Positions 28,539 through 30,978 of a DNA stretch of 30,978 nucleotides are shown piece after piece. The stretch lies in IMG/VR virus record IMGVR_UViG_3300026472_000008. The stretch is one strand, 5' to 3'. Each line of letters starts with the position of its first letter. Positions within the stretch are counted from its first letter, which is position 1. The notes under the pieces are model-generated. The model saw nothing but the letters and a program-made list of their open reading frames with translations. It searched no databases and was not told the DNA's origin. A program made the position numbers and the translations under genes. This stretch comes from an uncultured virus (IMG/VR IMGVR_UViG_3300026472_000008). Lineage: Duplodnaviria > Heunggongvirae > Uroviricota > Caudoviricetes > Crassvirales.

Positions 28539-30978
28539 ATGGATATTGATGATTTTTTAAATAACGGAGTTACGGTTAAAAACCCTAATTATAAAAAGCC
28601 CACTAAGAGAAATCCTAGTGGGTCTCCTCGTTTAATACAAAGTGGAGATTACAATCAAGCTATTGATAGAAGTAGCCGTATTGGTAGTTATCTTTCTCAA
28701 AATAGTTATGATCTTACTGGTTTAAATAATGAAGAAAATCAATATGAAGATCATAATGTTAGAATTAATCCTGTTAATACCGAAGAGGAACTTAACCAAA
28801 GTAGAGCTAAGAATCAATCAGCTTGGGAACAAACTGGTAGATTTTTAACTCAAGCTGTTGGTAATGAGATTGTTCTTGGTACAGCTTTAGGGTTATCTAA
28901 TCTTGTTGACGCAGCAGTTAATGTTGGAAAAGAATCTGGACAGAATGATTATACTAATCCTTTTAGTACTTATCTTGAAGGTAAACAAGAAGATATTAGA
29001 AAAGCTTTTGAAGTATATAGACAAAATCCTAATGATACTTGGCAAGTTAATGACTTTGGATGGTGGGCAGATAATGCTGTAAGTGTAGCTTCTACATTAT
29101 CTATGCTTATTCCTTCATTAGCTGTTACTAAAGGATTAAGTTTGGCTGGTAAAGCTGCTAGATTAGAAAGAGTTAGTTTAGGTATTGCTAAAGCTGCTAA
29201 AGGATTAGGTTTAACAGAAGGAGCTTTTACTTTAGCTAAAGCTATTAATACTGGTGCTGAAATTGGAACTTCTGCTCTACTTAGTAGAACTATGGAAAAC
29301 TATCTTGAAGCTAGAGGTGTTTATAAGGAAACTTATGATAAATCTTTGGGTAAACTTGAAGGTATGACTATAGATGAGAAAGCTAAGCTTTTACAGAATA
29401 ATCCTAACTTTACTGGAAAGTCTAATGAAGAAATAGCTCAATATATGTCTAGTGTTTCTGCCGATGAAACCTTTAGAAATGATTATGCAATGTTACTTTT
29501 TGATGTTGCTCAATTCAAAGCTTTAGGTTCAATGTGGAAAGGTATTGCTAATAAAGAAGTTACAGGAGGATTAAGATTAGCTAATAAAGCTGCTATTGCT
29601 AATTTAGCAGAAGAAGGAGCTGATGTTGCTACAAAAGCTGGTTTCTTTGCTAAACGAGGTCAGTTAATTAAAGATGCTTTAAAAAATCCTCTTACTAGTC
29701 TTGGTGCAATAGAGTTTAGTGAAGGTCTTGAGGAAGGATATCAAGGTATTCAAACTGAGAAAGGTAAAGAAGTTGCTGAAAAACTTTTTGATCCTAATTA
29801 TAATGCTAGAACTTTAGAGAGTTATCTTAAAGATGGTGCTATTTGGGAACAAGCTTTTTGGGGTATTGTAGGTGGAGTTGCTTTTCAAGCTGCTGGTAGC
29901 GCTTTGGGTAATGTTTCTAATGCAGTTAAAGGTAAGATTAACAAAGCTAATATGTCTGAACAAGAATATGCTTTATCTCAAATGACTGATGAAAAGATAA
30001 GAGAAGAAGAGATTAATTCTCGTAAATCTCGTATGCAGGATTATGTATCCAGTATGCAACTTCTTAACGATGGTAAAAATCCTTTTGGGTATAAACTTGA
30101 CCCTGATACTAAACAACCTATTATAAATGAAGGTAGTCCTGTAAATGAAGATCTTAGTCAAGATGAAGTAGATGAACTTAAAACTAAATTAACTAATGAG
30201 TTTGTTACTAATATGGTTTTAGATGCTACTGATAAAGGTAACTATGATTTATTTAGAGAATATATTAAAGATAATAACTTTAATAGATTTTTTGAAGAAG
30301 CCGGATTAACTACTACAGCAGGAGATAAAAATTTTAGTAATATGATTACTACTAAAATGGATCAAGCGTATGAGCATTATAATAAAGCTTTATATGATAT
30401 AATGAATTCCGTTGATGTAGAGAATGAGAATGTGGCTAAGATTGTTGCTCGTAGTATCGCAAGACGAAAATTAACAATAGATGATCTTAATCAAACTTCT
30501 GATGAATTAAGTGGTAAGATATATTCTGATACAGATAATGCTTATTATGCTGCTTATGAAGAAAGAGAAACTATTAAATATGTAGAGAAAGCTCTTAATG
30601 AAATAGCTGATCAAGAAGTTGAATTACAAAAAGCTGTCGATAATAAACAACTTAGTCCTCAAGCTGCTGAACAAATTAGTAAAGATCATAATCTTCGCCG
30701 TAATCAATTATTAGCTTTTGGTTCTACTGGTAATATGTTTGGTAATCCGGAAGTTGTTACTCAGTTCCTTAGTCAGAATATAGAAGATACAGATGCTAAT
30801 GCTTTCATTGATGAATTTAATAAATATCTTGAAACTATTGATTTTAATAATGATGATAATATCAATGTTCCAAAGAAGTCTATACAAGATGTTATTAAAA
30901 AGAAGATTGAATTAGATGATAGTATTTCTTATTTAGAACATACATTGCCTACTACACAATATAATTATCAAAATGAAT
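28539..30978 (+). CDS. Giant virion cargo protein, N-terminal part (3'-truncated; absent from ORF track)
   Basis: ATG at 28539: MDIDDFLNNG...RAKNQSAWEQTGRFL...DFGWWADN...; frame consistent at both ends (ends ...YNYQNE), over 810 codons; G/A-rich hydrophobic helices. Giant proteins here precede or include the virion RNA polymerase in crAss-like phages. Confidence 0.75.
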   Translation, partial: MDIDDFLNNGVTVKNPNYKKPTKRNPSGSPRLIQSGDYNQAIDRSSRIGSYLSQNSYDLTGLNNEENQYEDHNVRINPVNTEEELNQSRAKNQSAWEQTGRFLTQAVGNEIVLGTALGLSNLVDAAVNVGKESGQNDYTNPFSTYLEGKQEDIRKAFEVYRQNPNDTWQVNDFGWWADNAVSVASTLSMLIPSLAVTKGLSLAGKAARLERVSLGIAKAAKGLGLTEGAFTLAKAINTGAEIGTSALLSRTMENYLEARGVYKETYDKSLGKLEGMTIDEKAKLLQNNPNFTGKSNEEIAQYMSSVSADETFRNDYAMLLFDVAQFKALGSMWKGIANKEVTGGLRLANKAAIANLAEEGADVATKAGFFAKRGQLIKDALKNPLTSLGAIEFSEGLEEGYQGIQTEKGKEVAEKLFDPNYNARTLESYLKDGAIWEQAFWGIVGGVAFQAAGSALGNVSNAVKGKINKANMSEQEYALSQMTDEKIREEEINSRKSRMQDYVSSMQLLNDGKNPFGYKLDPDTKQPIINEGSPVNEDLSQDEVDELKTKLTNEFVTNMVLDATDKGNYDLFREYIKDNNFNRFFEEAGLTTTAGDKNFSNMITTKMDQAYEHYNKALYDIMNSVDVENENVAKIVARSIARRKLTIDDLNQTSDELSGKIYSDTDNAYYAAYEERETIKYVEKALNEIADQEVELQKAVDNKQLSPQAAEQISKDHNLRRNQLLAFGSTGNMFGNPEVVTQFLSQNIEDTDANAFIDEFNKYLETIDFNNDDNINVPKKSIQDVIKKKIELDDSISYLEHTLPTTQYNYQNE

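Noticed and set aside
674..30161. Minus-strand and alternate-frame ORFs in the track (e.g. 674-1036, 2304-2651, 17192-17479, 29973-30161)
   Set aside because: They lie within or overlap long genes and have the L/I/F/K-skewed composition of shadow frames.
1..30978. Stop-codon reassignment (TAG or TGA), known in some crAss-like phages
   Set aside because: Genes are full-length in code 11 with no fragmentation, and TAG ends genes at 7269, 9519 and 24483. No called gene ends in TGA, but there is no in-frame TGA either.
1..30978. tRNA or rRNA genes
   Set aside because: Intergenic gaps are short and show no cloverleaf or T-loop signature.

Overview
This AT-rich window is the virion-morphogenesis region of a crAss-like (Crassvirales) phage, most likely infecting Bacteroidota. 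All real genes lie on the + strand and read in the standard code. Inferred order: terminase large subunit (C-terminal part), portal, scaffold-like protein, major capsid protein, three conserved capsid-module genes, a membrane protein, putative tail-hub genes, two modular tail fibres, a holin-like protein, ring/IHF-like/tail-tubular/muzzle genes, and cargo (ejection) proteins ending in a giant ORF that runs off the window. Products were assigned from recalled motifs, size and synteny, not database searches. The strongest unexplained signal is a GC-rich 16-bp motif, TCCCTCTACAGG(GG/CA)AG, present as four full and two 2-nt-shorter copies in both orientations, inside unrelated genes and intergenic DNA. 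Also notable: two ~100-nt intergenic imperfect palindromes, ten fibre connector repeats with heavily diverged synonymous codons, Cys-rich fibre N-termini, and basic/aromatic-x-x-GG motifs in cargo proteins.
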